Of a stretch of 64,000 bases of DNA, positions 12,793 to 23,861 are shown piece by piece. This DNA comes from Cyanophora paradoxa CCMP329 (taxonomy: Eukaryota; Plantae; Glaucophyta). Position 1 is the first letter of the stretch; each line of letters opens with the position of its first letter. The notes beneath the pieces are model-generated. The model saw nothing but the letters and a program-made list of their open reading frames with translations. It was not told the origin of the DNA and searched no databases. Made by a program: the position numbers and the translations under genes. Location of the stretch: NCBI GenBank assembly GCA_004431415.1, contig QPMI01000545.1, forward strand, positions 1 to 64,000, in the 5' to 3' direction.

Positions 12793-13552
12793 GCGTTGGA
12801 CCTGATTCCTTGTTTCCGCTCGTCCCCTGCTGCCCCTGCGCCCTCTGCGCTCCCCTTTTTTCTGAGCGCGCGAGGCGGCCTCTCGGACAGTAGATGTGCT
12901 TGTACCTATCCACCAGATTTCTACTATTTCCTAGTCTCCATTGCCAGCCTGCGCTTCTTTTTCTCGGCTTCCTCTCGCGGGGGGCTTCAACGTAGTTCCG
13001 CTGCTCTTCAGACTCTGAGGTGTAGTCGTGTTTACTGATGATCGTGCCCTGAACGCCGAATATTAATACATGTACATGTCGCTGCCGGCGCTGCCGGCGC
13101 CGCCGCCTCTAGCTAGCGCTGCCGGCGTGCAGCGCCTGTTCCTGCGGGCCAGATATCGATCGGGCGACGACGACGTCGACAGGTCGCTGTGTCGTGCGGG
13201 CTGCGGTCGACCGTTAACGTTGGACGGGGGGGGATCGACGTCGTTGCCGTCGTTGCCAAATTCGCTGATCAATGATCTTGATCATGATCGAAGCTCGAGC
13301 TCAGCGGCTGAGGCTGAAGGCAGGTCGCGAGGTGGGGGGTACAACACCACACACCAAAGCCAAACACAGCATTCTTCAGCTCGCAGCACAGGCACTAGCC
13401 AGCGGTGTAAACGCGTAGCGGGAGGTATTGTGAGCACTGTAAGATCAGTCCTGGAAGCTCGCGAAGCCGTGCTCCTGTCATACCCATCGGCGGCACAACG
13501 GCATAGCAGCAGCCCGCTTGATCGTATCTGATTTAGTCGGCAAGCCGCAAGC

Positions 13553-15023
13553 ATGGCGACGGCGGCGGCTCCGGCCTCGTCCTCGCAACTGCCAATGTGA
13601 GTCGAGCTAGGTGGAGTTAGAGTGCATCCGAGCTGAAGCTAGCTGCTCCAAGTAAAACAGCTAGCTTGTCTTGCTGCTCCCGCCCAGCCCAGGATCGGCC
13701 AGGGGCCGCTCGTTGGCGCGAGTTGAAGCTGACGCTTGGACGCCGCAGGACGAACATGGAGAACGCAACAGATGTCGCGGAATATGAGGAATGGGAAAAG
13801 ACGCGGCCTGTATTCGATCTGGGCAAGCAGCGGCGCCTGGTCCGCCCCGCCGCCGTCGGAAGCACCCGCCCTTTACTCCTCCTGATGGGGCGCCCCGACC
13901 GCGCAGCGAGTCGCGAACATAGTGCTGGCCGTCTTGCATCTCGCGACATCGTTGGCACTGTACGGGGCGACACACCAGAACAAAGACAGGACGGCGGCAC
14001 GCCCCTCCCTCCGCCGCCCCGCCCCCGGACTCGCCCCGCCCCGGCTCACGTCCCCCGCAGTACCCCATATTCAGCACCTTCACGGCGGACCCGAAGCTGA
14101 CGAAGATCTGGCCGTCGTTCTTCGTGCCGGGAGTCAAGAAGGTGGCGACGGCGCACCTGGGCTTCTTCTCGGCGACCTTCCTGCTGCTCGCGGCGGTCGA
14201 CCACGCCGCCGTCGCCCTCCCCGGCCTCAACGCCGTCTACAACCGCATGCTCTCCCGCAACACGGTGCGCCGCCCCGCCGGCCCCGCCGCGCCCCGCCGC
14301 GCCGGGCCCGCCCCGCCTCACCGCCCCCGGCGGCAGAACTTCTTCCGGTGGATCGAGTACACGTTCAGCGCCTCGATCATGCGCGTCGAGATCGCCATCC
14401 TCTCCGGCGTCGCCGACATCCACACCCTCTGGTGCATCTTCGGCCTCACGTGCGCCCCCGTACCCCCCACCGCTTCCCCCCCCCCACCTTCGCATCCTCA
14501 CGTACCCCCGCAGGGCCGTGACGATGCTGATCGGGGCGATCTTCGAGGGGGAGAACCGCGCCTACTTCGGGAGCATCCTGGAGTCGGAGAGGATCCGGTG
14601 GACCACGTACTGGATCGGCTTCGTGCCCCACTGCTTCGCGTGGGCCGTTATCCTCTGGTGCGCTCCCCGCGCCCGCCCGCCCGTCGCCCCTCACCCCCGC
14701 GCCCTTGACCTCCCGTACCCCTCAGCCACTTCTTCCGGAACGTGAACGTGGCGGGGGCGCCGGGCTTCGTCTGGGCCATCATTGCCCTCGGTGCGTACCC
14801 CCGCGGGCGCGATTCGCCGGCGGGGCGGGGCCTGAGGCCGGGGCGGGGGTACGCGTGCGCAGAGATCGTGCTGGACGCTGCGTTCGCGATGAACCTGGGC
14901 TTCCAGTGGCTCAACCTCGGGCCCTGGCGCGACTACGTCTTCGGCGAGTGGATGTTCCTCCTCCTGAGCCTCACCGCCAAGCAGCTCCTCGCCTGGATAG
15001 CGTACGGCGGCGCCTCCCGGTGA
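13553..15023 (+). CDS. Heliorhodopsin, 8 exons: 13553-13596, 13749-13839, 13907-13996, 14061-14264, 14337-14449, 14514-14657, 14726-14790, 14863-15023
   Basis: All seven introns keep the frame. TM1 His (LAVLHLAT), TM2 His (AAVDH), TM3 NFFRWIEYTFSASIM, TM6 APGFVWAII, TM7 GEWMFLLLSLTAKQLLAW with the retinal-binding Lys at 14979-14981 (SxxxK motif of heliorhodopsins). Confidence 0.95.
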
Positions 15024-15732
15024 CGTGACCTACACTACTATAGTAGTACTTACATTTTAGTGATAGCGCAACCCTAGGCGCCAGGTAGTAGCGTTTCAGC
15101 ATTACTTGATTCGTTCTGTGATATAATTCAGCTCACTCCTTCTGTTCTGGCTGCTAGCGCCCGGGCAGCCGCGCCCGCAGCCTGCAGGGCCGGTCGAGAG
15201 CGCGGTGGGGCATGCTGGGCGCCCGGACTGAAAGAGCTCCGAGGCTCGGCGCGGATCAGCGCATTGCCAAGTTGCGCGCTGAAATTGAGCGCCGTTAAGC
15301 GAGGATAGAGTACGGCCGGCTTAAGCTTCGCCTCGCGAATTACATTCATATACGTACTACGTATACGGTATATATACGTATACGTATAAATTTGATCGAT
15401 GTACATGTCGACGTACGCGTCGACATCCGATGATCGAGCTTGCAGATCTGGGGGTAGCCAGTTGAGAGCCCCAGCCGCTGAGCAGATCAGCTCCCGTTCG
15501 ATTCTCTGTTAGCTTTGCCTGCTTTGCTTCTCAAACCGCGCTGGACCCAGCTGCCGTGCCGCCCAAAGGTCGTCGGTTCCTCCGAGCCCGCCGGCCGTCA
15601 TCGTCAGGGCGCCGGGTCGTAGCCTCGAGCTCTGACCGCGGCAGCGACTGCGTGCGATCAGGAACATGATCAATCGCTTATCCTAGCCATTTAGGATCAC
15701 AGGGTTGACCTCGCGGTCGCCTTCGTCGGTAC

Positions 15733-18510
15733 ATGTCGGCGTTCAAGGCTCCGACGGCGGCGGGCGGAGCCGACGAGCTCGAGGACGCCAGCCTGGAGCG
15801 CATCGATCTCAAGCTAGAGAAGCTTGCGCAGATCGTCGACCGGGTGCGCGCCCTTCTCGTCCTCTCGCAGCTTGCAGCCAACCTCCAGTGCCTCCACACG
15901 CGCAGGCGTCGAACCCCCTTCAGGATGCTTCGACGCTGAGCACAGCGAGGCGCCCTCCGTCGCGCTCGTCGACGATGTCGATCCCTCCGGCGGCCGCGGC
16001 CTCCGAGTGGACGAGCGCGGCGCGGGCGCCGGCGTTCCGGGCACGGCCGCGGACCGCATCGTGGAGCTCCGGGGCAGGGCCCGCCCGGGCAGACCTACGC
16101 CTTCCCCTCTCTTCCTCATTTTCCTACGGCCCCAACTTCGAGCGGCGCGAGCAGCAGCCGCCCGAGGAGCCGCCGCCGGGCGCGGGGACGGACCCGGAGG
16201 GGGCGAGCCCCTCCTCCCGGTCCCCGGCCTCGGGTGCCTCGGGCGAGCACGCGCCTCCCGTCGAAGAGCGCGAGAAGGCCTTCGTGCGCACCTCCCCCGC
16301 CCGCCTGCCCGCCAGCTCGCCCGCCCGCCGCCCGCGCCTGAGCCAGCCCCGGGCGCGGCGCGCAGGTGCGCGACTTCTCTGCCATCCGCGACAAGATGCG
16401 TGCGCACCGCCCCGGCCCACCTGCCCCGCCACCTCCGCCGCCCCCTGCCCCCTTGACGGCCCGTCCCCGCCCCGCTGCCCGCCCACAGGCCAGTCGAAGG
16501 TTTGGAAGGTGCGGGCAGCATCCCTCCCCTCCCCGCTCCTGAGCCTGCGCGCCTCGAAGCTAAGCGGGGCGGGGCGCAGTTCGAGGGGCACACGACGCTG
16601 GAGTCGGGCGAGCCGGTCGTGGGCCACCTCGAGGAGTCCGAGCTCAAGTTCTACCGGCGAGGCCCAGCCCGCGCCCTCCGCCGGCGCTCGGGCTCACGGC
16701 CGCCCCCGCGCCGCGCTCGCAGGTTCGACATGCCGAGGGGCGCCACGCGCGTCGTGGTCCGCCTTTTTGCCCTCTCGGGGAACCCCGACCTCTACGCCAG
16801 CTACCAGCACGAGATGCCCAACCTCGTCCGCCCGTACCCCCCCGGGGCCTCCCCCCCGTCCCTGATCCCTCCACCGCCCCCCGCCAGACGCAGCACCAGT
16901 TCGCGTCTGCGAACGAGGCGCGCAAGCGCCACCCCCTTCCCTGCCCGCCGCTGAAGCGCGCTCGAGCAGGGGGACGACGAGATCACGATCTCCGACGGCG
17001 ACGCTGGGTGGCGGCCGGACCCCCTCTTCGTCTGTGCGCGCGCGCTCGTCCCGTGCCGCCGTACGCGCTTAGCGGGGACCTGACGTGCCCCCCGCGCAGC
17101 GGTGCGCGGGCAGACGCGGTGCGAGTACCGCCTCGCGGTGCACGCGTCCACCTCCGCCCTCCTCGCCCCGCACAAGTGACTCCGCCCCGCCCCGGCGCCC
17201 TGCCCCGCCCCGCCCCGCCCCGCCCCGCCGCTCACTCGGGCGGGCAGGGAGGTGGCGGGGCGGTGCCTGCCGGGCATGCCGGCCTACTACCGCTTTCTCG
17301 TCGCCGAGCCCCGCATGGCCGCCCACATCCAGCTCCGTGCGCGCCGGCCGGCCGCTCCCGGCCCCGCCCCGCCGCCGCTCAGGCTCCTCCACGGGCATGC
17401 AGATCAGCGGGCCGAGCTCGAGGGGGGCCCGCAGCTCGCGCTGTACGTCTCGACGAGCGCCAAGTACCCGTCGCCGGAGGAGAGCGAGTGGCGGGCGCTG
17501 GACGCCGCGCGCGACGGCGGCCTCCTCATCGACCCCGCGCACCCCGCCTTCCGCGCCGGCTGGCTCTACGTCGCCGTCGACGCCGCCGGCGCCGGCCCCG
17601 CCGCGGCGTTCCGCATCTCCGCCGGCCAGAGGAAACGCGCGCCCCGCCACGCGCGCGCCTGCCTTATATGCGGCGCGCTCTGAACGAAGGAAGGGCGCGG
17701 GGCAGTGCCGGGCCCGCTGCTGGACAAGGGCGTCATTCACGGAATCGCCACCGCCGTCGCCGGCGGCTTCTTCGCCCGAGTCCGTGTACCCCGCCCCGCC
17801 CCGCCCCGCCCCGCCCCGCCAGGCCTTGGTCCGAGCCGCGGCGCCCGCCCGCCCGCCCTTCCCGCAGCTAGCATCGCTCTCCTCACCGGCGGACCGAGAA
17901 GGGGAGCGCGAGGCGGCCGCCGCCGGGCGGGTGCCGCCGCTGCGGGGCCTGCCCCCGAGCCCGAGCGCCTCTGCGCCCCGGCCCCGACCTCGCCCCGCGA
18001 GGCGCCCGGGCGGGCGCCCTCCGTCCCGGCAGCGCCAGCGCGACCTCCCCGCGCCTCCCGCCCTCCGCCTCCCTCCGCGCGGCGCCGGCGGCCGCGCCCG
18101 ACGCGGGGCCCACCACCCGCACCCCCGCCGGGGTCCCCCGCGACGAGGCGGCGCCGGCGCGGCAGCCCTTCGCCGTCCCGACGCCGCGGACGCACGCATC
18201 GCCCCGGGCGCTCGTCGCGGCCGTCCGCTACGCGAGCGCCTCGTTCGCGTCGCCCCGGCCCGCCACCAGCGCCGGCGCCGGCGCCGGCGCGCCGCGCCTC
18301 CCGGGCGCAGCTGCGCACGCGGCGGCCCCGCCCGCCCCGGCGCGGGGCGGCATCCGCAGCCGCTCCTTCGGCGAGGCGCACGCGATGTGGGGCCCCGCGC
18401 CGCCGGGGGCCAGGGGCACCGGGCCGCGGTACTCGCTACCCGGGGGCGGGGCGTCGGCAGGCGCCCACCTGGCGACTCTGCTGGAGCACCGGGCGCCGGC
18501 GTACACGTGA
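15733..18510 (+). CDS. Multi-exon protein with two PPC-like (pre-peptidase C-terminal) beta-sandwich repeats flanked by low-complexity regions
   Basis: Spliced repeat 1: TLESGEPVVGHLEESELKFYR|FDMPRGATRVVVRLFALSGNPDLYAS...GDDEITI. Repeat 2: PAYYRFLV...LALYVSTSAKYPS...GWLYVAVDA. The C-terminal frame, ending ...LEHRAPAYT-TGA at 18508, is less certain. Confidence 0.6.
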
Positions 18511-18922
18511 CGGCAGGCCGCTGGGCCGGCCGCGGATCCGCGTCGCGCCATACTAGGCTCCGCTCCCTTGAGCCCCCTTCTAGCTATCGATATTGTATCA
18601 CGTATCTATACTAACTCCGAGTTCGCTGGCGGCTACGTGCTCCCCAGCTGCAGCGCGTTCTTTTGCTTCCTTGAGGGGGTACAGGAAAGAAAGCTTGTTA
18701 GGGCTAAGCGGAGCACCGAAGCACGCGGCCGCGAAAACCTGAACACAAGCGTTGGACACTGCTAAAAGGCATTTGAACACTGCGAGGCAGCCTGCGCGAG
18801 TCTGGTAGACATAGCTAAACACATCGCGCCAGCGGCCTGCACCCTAGCTCCGCCAGAGTGGGAGCAGGTCAGAGTAGCTAGAGAAGGCAGCGGAAAGCGT
18901 TCATAGGCGGCGCGGCCATGCC

Positions 18923-20429
18923 ATGCCGGCCGCACTTCCCTTCCGAGTCGTCTTCTGCAGCTCAGAGGACGAGAAGCATCCAGCGAGCAATCTAGAGCCA
19001 GGAGGAGAGTCTGGCAGCTCAGATGGCTGGAGCTCCAGGAGGATGCCAGCCTACCCGGTGCGCCCAATCCAGTGCCGAGTCGCCGCCCCACCCGCTGAAG
19101 CCGCCCCGCAGGTCAAGATCGGCATCAAGTTGGAGAAGACATGCAGGATAAAGGCTCTGCGTGTGGTGAGCGGCTCGCGTCGCTCCCCCAGGCCCCGTAG
19201 CTAAGGGCCCCGCTTGGGGCCCCGCCGCCCCGTTGCAATCGCTGAACTGAAGCGGCCGCCGCAGCTCGCGCACGAGAGCAAGATCGCGTCGCTGGTGGAG
19301 GTTTTCACCGGGCAGACGGGGCTCGGGAAGACGCGGTGGCTGAGGATAGGCAACTTCGTGCTGGACGCCAACGACAAGACGCAGCACATGGCGCGCGAGA
19401 TGAAGACCGTCTACCTCAACGTCGTCTGCGACGTCATAACGCTCCTCTTCCACAAGGCAGGCCGCCCCGCCGCCCGCCCCGCCGCCCGCCCGCCCCCTTC
19501 GCGCGCCTCCTAACGCTCGCCCCCCCGCCCGCGCGCAGTGCTACCTCGTGCGCAGCGCCCCCGGCCCTGCTCTCGCCCGCCCCGCGCGCGAGCGCGCGCC
19601 CCGCTGAGCCTTCCCGCCTCGCGCCGCGCAGAACAAGTTCAACCTGGACCTGCAGGTCGGCCTCGTGCAGCTGATGCTCATCGGGGACCCCGTGCGGGAG
19701 CCCGGGGGCGGGGCATCCCCGAGGAGGAGCCGCCCCTCGAGGGCGCCGGGCCGGCCCCAAGGCGCCCCCAGCGTGGCGCCCATCCCGGAGGCCAGCCCGG
19801 CCGAGGAGGCGGGGGGCGCCCCCGCGGCGGGGGCGGCGCCGGGCGGCGTGGACGCGGGGGAGGTGTACGGCGGGGAGCGCCTGAGGCAGCTGCAGGCTCG
19901 CAAGGACGCCGCCGTCCGCGCCGAGGACTTCGGTGCGTTTTTAAGGGCGCCACGGCCGCCCCCGCCGTGCTTACTCGGCCCGCGCAGACGAGGCGAAGCG
20001 GCTGAAGCGGTTCATCGACCTGGCGCTGGAGGCCGGGGCCCGCCTCCAGCAGGCCGAGCAGCGCCGGCAGGACTGCGTCGCCGCCGAGGACTTTGGCGCG
20101 CCCCGTTGCGGTCGGCTTTCTCGCGCGCTCGCTCGCTCACGCGGGGCGGGCCGCAGACGGGGCGAAGGATGCCAAGGCCGAGGTGGAGCGGCTGCGGGCC
20201 GCCGTCGACGCCGCCCTCGCCGGCCGGGCCGCCGCCCCCGCCCCGCCGCCCTCCTCCCACGGGCGCGCCCGCCCGAGGGCATGCTGCCCCCATCGCCCCG
20301 GCCTCCCACGCCGTCGCGGACTCCGAGCGCGCCCCGCCGGCCCCAGCGGCCACTCCGCCTCCCTCCCGCCCCTCCCCCGGCCCGCCGCAGCGGCGAGCTC
20401 CCCGCCCGGCCCGACCCTCCGCCCCCAGT

Positions 20430-20460
<31 letters not shown>

Positions 20461-22399
20461 TGCGCCCTCGCCCCTGACGCCGCCGCCGCCGCCGCAGGCC
20501 GCCCCAGTGGACTACGACGGGGACGAGCGGCCGCTGCCGGCCCTGCAGAGGAGGCACGACTCCGGGGCCGGCGGGCCGGGCGACCCTCGGCGCCGGGCGC
20601 GGCGCCGGGGGCGGGGCGGGGGACGGCGCGGGGAAGCCCCCCGACGACGAGCGGCCCAACCTCGCGGTGCGCCCCCGCGACCCGAGCGAGCGCGCGCGCG
20701 CCCGTCCGCGCTCCAGCTCACGCCGCCGCCTTCGCCTTCGCCGGCAGAACCGGGAAGAGCTGCGGGAGGCTGTCGAGATGTTCGGGGAGGACGTTGTGGC
20801 CGACCTGCACGCCAAGGCCTGGCCCAAGCGCGAGGCGGCCCTGGCGCGCATGGCCGAGGCCGCCCAGTCGCTCCCGCAGGAGGCGGGGGCCATCCTACGC
20901 GTCTGCCGGGGCCTCCTCAAGGGCGCCCTGAAGGACAAGATCGCGCAAGTCTACGTGAAAGCGCTGGAGCTGGCCCGCATGCTCGCCGACGGCCTGGCGC
21001 CGCAGGTCCGGCGCGCCGAGGCCCGCTCGGCCTTCGACGCCGTCGTGGAGGCCATGCTCCAGCGCATGGGCGACACGAACCTGCGGCAGCGCGAGTGGGC
21101 GGCGACGAACGAGACGCTCCTCCACTTCGCGCGCTCCAAGGCCCTCGGGCCGGGCGCCGTGGCGCCGCTGGCGGTGGGCGGCGTGGCGGCGGCGGGGCAG
21201 CAGTGGCGGCCCGTGATGGCCCGGCTCTCCCTACTCCAGCGGCTCCTGCCCGAGTTCAAGATCAACGTCCACCCGGGCCTCTCCGCAGACGGTGCGATGC
21301 GATGCGCGCGTGGCGCCGCCGCCGCCCCCGCCGCTGACCGCGCGGCAGCGATCGTGCCATTCGCGGTGGCGGCGCTGGGGAGCGCGAACGCGGAGGTGCG
21401 GCAGGGGGCGGTGCGGACGCTGGCGCTGGTGGCGAGCCTCGGGGGCAAGGAGGCGCGGGAGCGCGTGCGGGGCGCGCTGCGCGTCGCGGGCAAGGAGCGG
21501 GAGAAGCACGCGGAGAACGTCGAGCGGGCGATCGCGGAGATGGACGCGGCCGCCGGGCGCGGCGCCGAGACGCTCGAGGCGATGGAGGCGGCCGGGCGCG
21601 AGGTCGGCCCCGGCGCCGGCGCCGGCGCCTCCCCGACGCACGCGCGCGGCGGGGCGCGCCGGAGCGTGGAGGGCCTGCCGGGGGCGGGCGGGGAGCTGGC
21701 GGCGGCGCGGCGGGTGCACGAAGGGGCCAGCGCGGAGGTGATCCAGGCCCAGCTGGAGGCCCTCCAGTCCGCGGTCATCGCCCCCGCCGCCGCCAAGAAG
21801 GGGCCCCCGCGCACCAAGAAGCCCGGGCCCGCCGCCCCGCCGCCCCAGGCGCGCAGCTCCCCCGCCCCATCCCCCCACCCCCCGCGCCGGCTGCCGCGCG
21901 CGTACCCCCGCCCTCCCGATCCGCGCCAGCTGATTTGCGCGCGTACCCCGGGCAGACGGTGAAGCGAATCGCGCCGCCGGACTCGCCGGAGCTGGTGGGC
22001 GAGTCCATACAGATCCCCGAGGCGCCCTCCGCCTCCGCCTCCGCCTCCGCCGCGCCCCGCCCCGCCAACCGGCGCGCCTCGGCCGGCGGCGAGGCGGAGA
22101 CGAAGATCCCCGTGCCGCGCACCGACTCGGCCCTATCGCCCGAGCGGGCGCGCCTCGTGCAGACGCCGCCGGGGGAGACCCCGGTGAGGTCGCGCATCCC
22201 GCGGGCCCCCTCGATGATCCGCACCAGCGCCGCGTCGGATTCGGCCGGCGCGTCCCCCGCGCCGGCCCCGAAGGCCCCTCCCCCCGACGCCGACGCCGGC
22301 GCCGACGCCGACGGGGCGCCCGCCGGCGCCGGGCCCGACGAGGGCGCCGCGCCCGACGCTGGCGCTCCCGCCCCCGCCGCATCCGAGGCCGCCCCCTGA
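18923..22399 (+). CDS. CEP104: CEP104/FAP256-like ciliary protein (jelly-roll N-domain, coiled coil, TOG domain); no C-terminal zinc fingers
   Basis: N-domain LAHESKIASLVEVF...AREMKTVYLNVVCDVITLLFHK|CYL|NKFNLDLQVGLVQLMLIGDP matches CEP104. Also two AVxAEDFDxAK-type repeats, the DERPLPAL motif, and a TOG region (FGEDVVADLHAKAWPKREAAL, LKDKIAQVY). Confidence 0.88.
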
Positions 22400-22634
22400 T
22401 CCGTATCTCCAGACATTTCTTCGCGTTCTCTCCCTTCGATCCCCTGCCCATCATCCACGTGTAATCAAAAAGCGTGTACTTGCAACTGATTCAAAACAGA
22501 ACGCAGCCGAGCCAAATTTAAAGCCAGTGCACGTGTCACTTCCCCTAAAGCTGCCCCTATAAAAATCTGATCGTAATCATCATGATCATCCATCTCGTCT
22601 GCGCTTCTGACCTGTGGATCCGGAATCGTTAACA

Positions 22635-23861
22635 TTAGATATACAGTGAATCGTGCACGATTGCGAGATTATTCATACACTTGCCTTGCGTGGCCTCCAC
22701 ATGCACAGCCGGTAACGGGCCGAGGAACACGAAGTGCGCCTCCTGGATCAGGCGGTGAGCTTGGTGCATGAACTCGGCCAGCTTGGCCTCTCGCAGAGCT
22801 GGCGAGTCGTTGTGCGCGGGATCGTACTTGTGGGCCAGAGCTTCCAGCTTTGGCTGAAGCTCTCTAGCCGCCTTGAAGTTCCGATGGCGCTCAGGGCCGT
22901 CTGTGTAGAGCTTGAACCGCCGATGCTCATCGCTGCACTGCCAATCTCCCCTTGACTCCAACTGGTATTCGAGAGCTTGCGTGATGTCCAGAGGTGTCAG
23001 GAGGCTCGGGTCCCGGTCGCACGCTCTATTGCGAGGAATGTTGGTGAAAGGGAGGAGGTCGTGGAGCACTTGTATGACGACGCCGAGGGAGTCTCCGTCG
23101 TAGGCAGTCATCAGCCCGTACTCCGTCTTCCGACGCTCTGCATAAGATGTGTACGAAGCCAGAAGGGACCGATACGAGGGGAGCCCCAGGATCCGCCCCT
23201 CCATGCCGATAACCTGCTCCAGGCTGGACAGCTCGGCGCTGGCCTGCTCCAGCAAACCCGAGAGCTCGCGCCGGCGCCGGCGGTCGGGGTCGGGCTTGTT
23301 GACGTCGACATCGTGGTCGTGAGCTGCGAGATCCCGCCTCCTTTTCTCCACCAGCTCCTTGGCGGCCGCCAGCTTCTGGACGGCTTGCTGGCAGCTTTCG
23401 ATGCGGGACGTGAAGACCAGAGACAAGCCTGAAGGCAGCGCACGGGCTCCCCGGAAGACGAGGTTGAACGATTGGAAAGAACCGTCGTCGTCCACGGAGT
23501 ACTCCGCAGGGTTGGTGCGGGCCAGGTGCTTGAGGTCGCTGATGTGGGCAAGGACGCCGGCTGGCCTGACTCGGAAGCCCGGGCTGGTGATGATGATGCC
23601 TCTGTCAACTTCGACGCCGACTAAATCCTCGTACTCGGGCGATGCACGTTCACGCTCCAACTGAGCCATTGTCTCTGCATATGCAGGAGCTGGATCTAGA
23701 AGCGCTCCAACACACCCCCTATCTGAACCTGAGCTGCCCGTAGATCTGTAAGGAGATTGAAATGCGTATTCGGCTGCAGCTGCGTGATAGTTCTGCTGCA
23801 TCAAGGCGGGCTGGCGGATCCTCCTCCCATTGATCACGATGCTGGCGCCAGCGCTTTCCAT
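22635..23861 (-). CDS. Intronless 408-aa hypothetical protein of unknown family
   Basis: Uninterrupted ORF with balanced, globular-looking composition and moderate GC, unlike the spurious GC-rich ORFs. Central coiled-coil-like segment. The true start may be the internal Met of MAQLERE. Confidence 0.7.
   Translation of the reverse strand: MESAGASIVINGRRIRQPALMQQNYHAAAAEYAFQSPYRSTGSSGSDRGCVGALLDPAPAYAETMAQLERERASPEYEDLVGVEVDRGIIITSPGFRVRPAGVLAHISDLKHLARTNPAEYSVDDDGSFQSFNLVFRGARALPSGLSLVFTSRIESCQQAVQKLAAAKELVEKRRRDLAAHDHDVDVNKPDPDRRRRRELSGLLEQASAELSSLEQVIGMEGRILGLPSYRSLLASYTSYAERRKTEYGLMTAYDGDSLGVVIQVLHDLLPFTNIPRNRACDRDPSLLTPLDITQALEYQLESRGDWQCSDEHRRFKLYTDGPERHRNFKAARELQPKLEALAHKYDPAHNDSPALREAKLAEFMHQAHRLIQEAHFVFLGPLPAVHVEATQGKCMNNLAIVHDSLYI

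Noticed and set aside
10172-12913. 913-aa minus-strand ORF and the many other long Arg/Gly/Pro/Ala-rich ORFs
   Set aside because: Antisense or off-frame shadows of GC-rich spliced genes; stop codons are rare at this GC content and no domain motifs are present.
13070-13531. 153-aa ORF upstream of the heliorhodopsin as a partner or N-terminal fusion
   Set aside because: No recognisable motif or convincing splice link; looks like intergenic or promoter sequence.
13553-15023. Type-1 pump or channelrhodopsin
   Set aside because: Lacks the DxxxK helix-7 motif and has SxxxK and RWxEY, i.e. the heliorhodopsin family.
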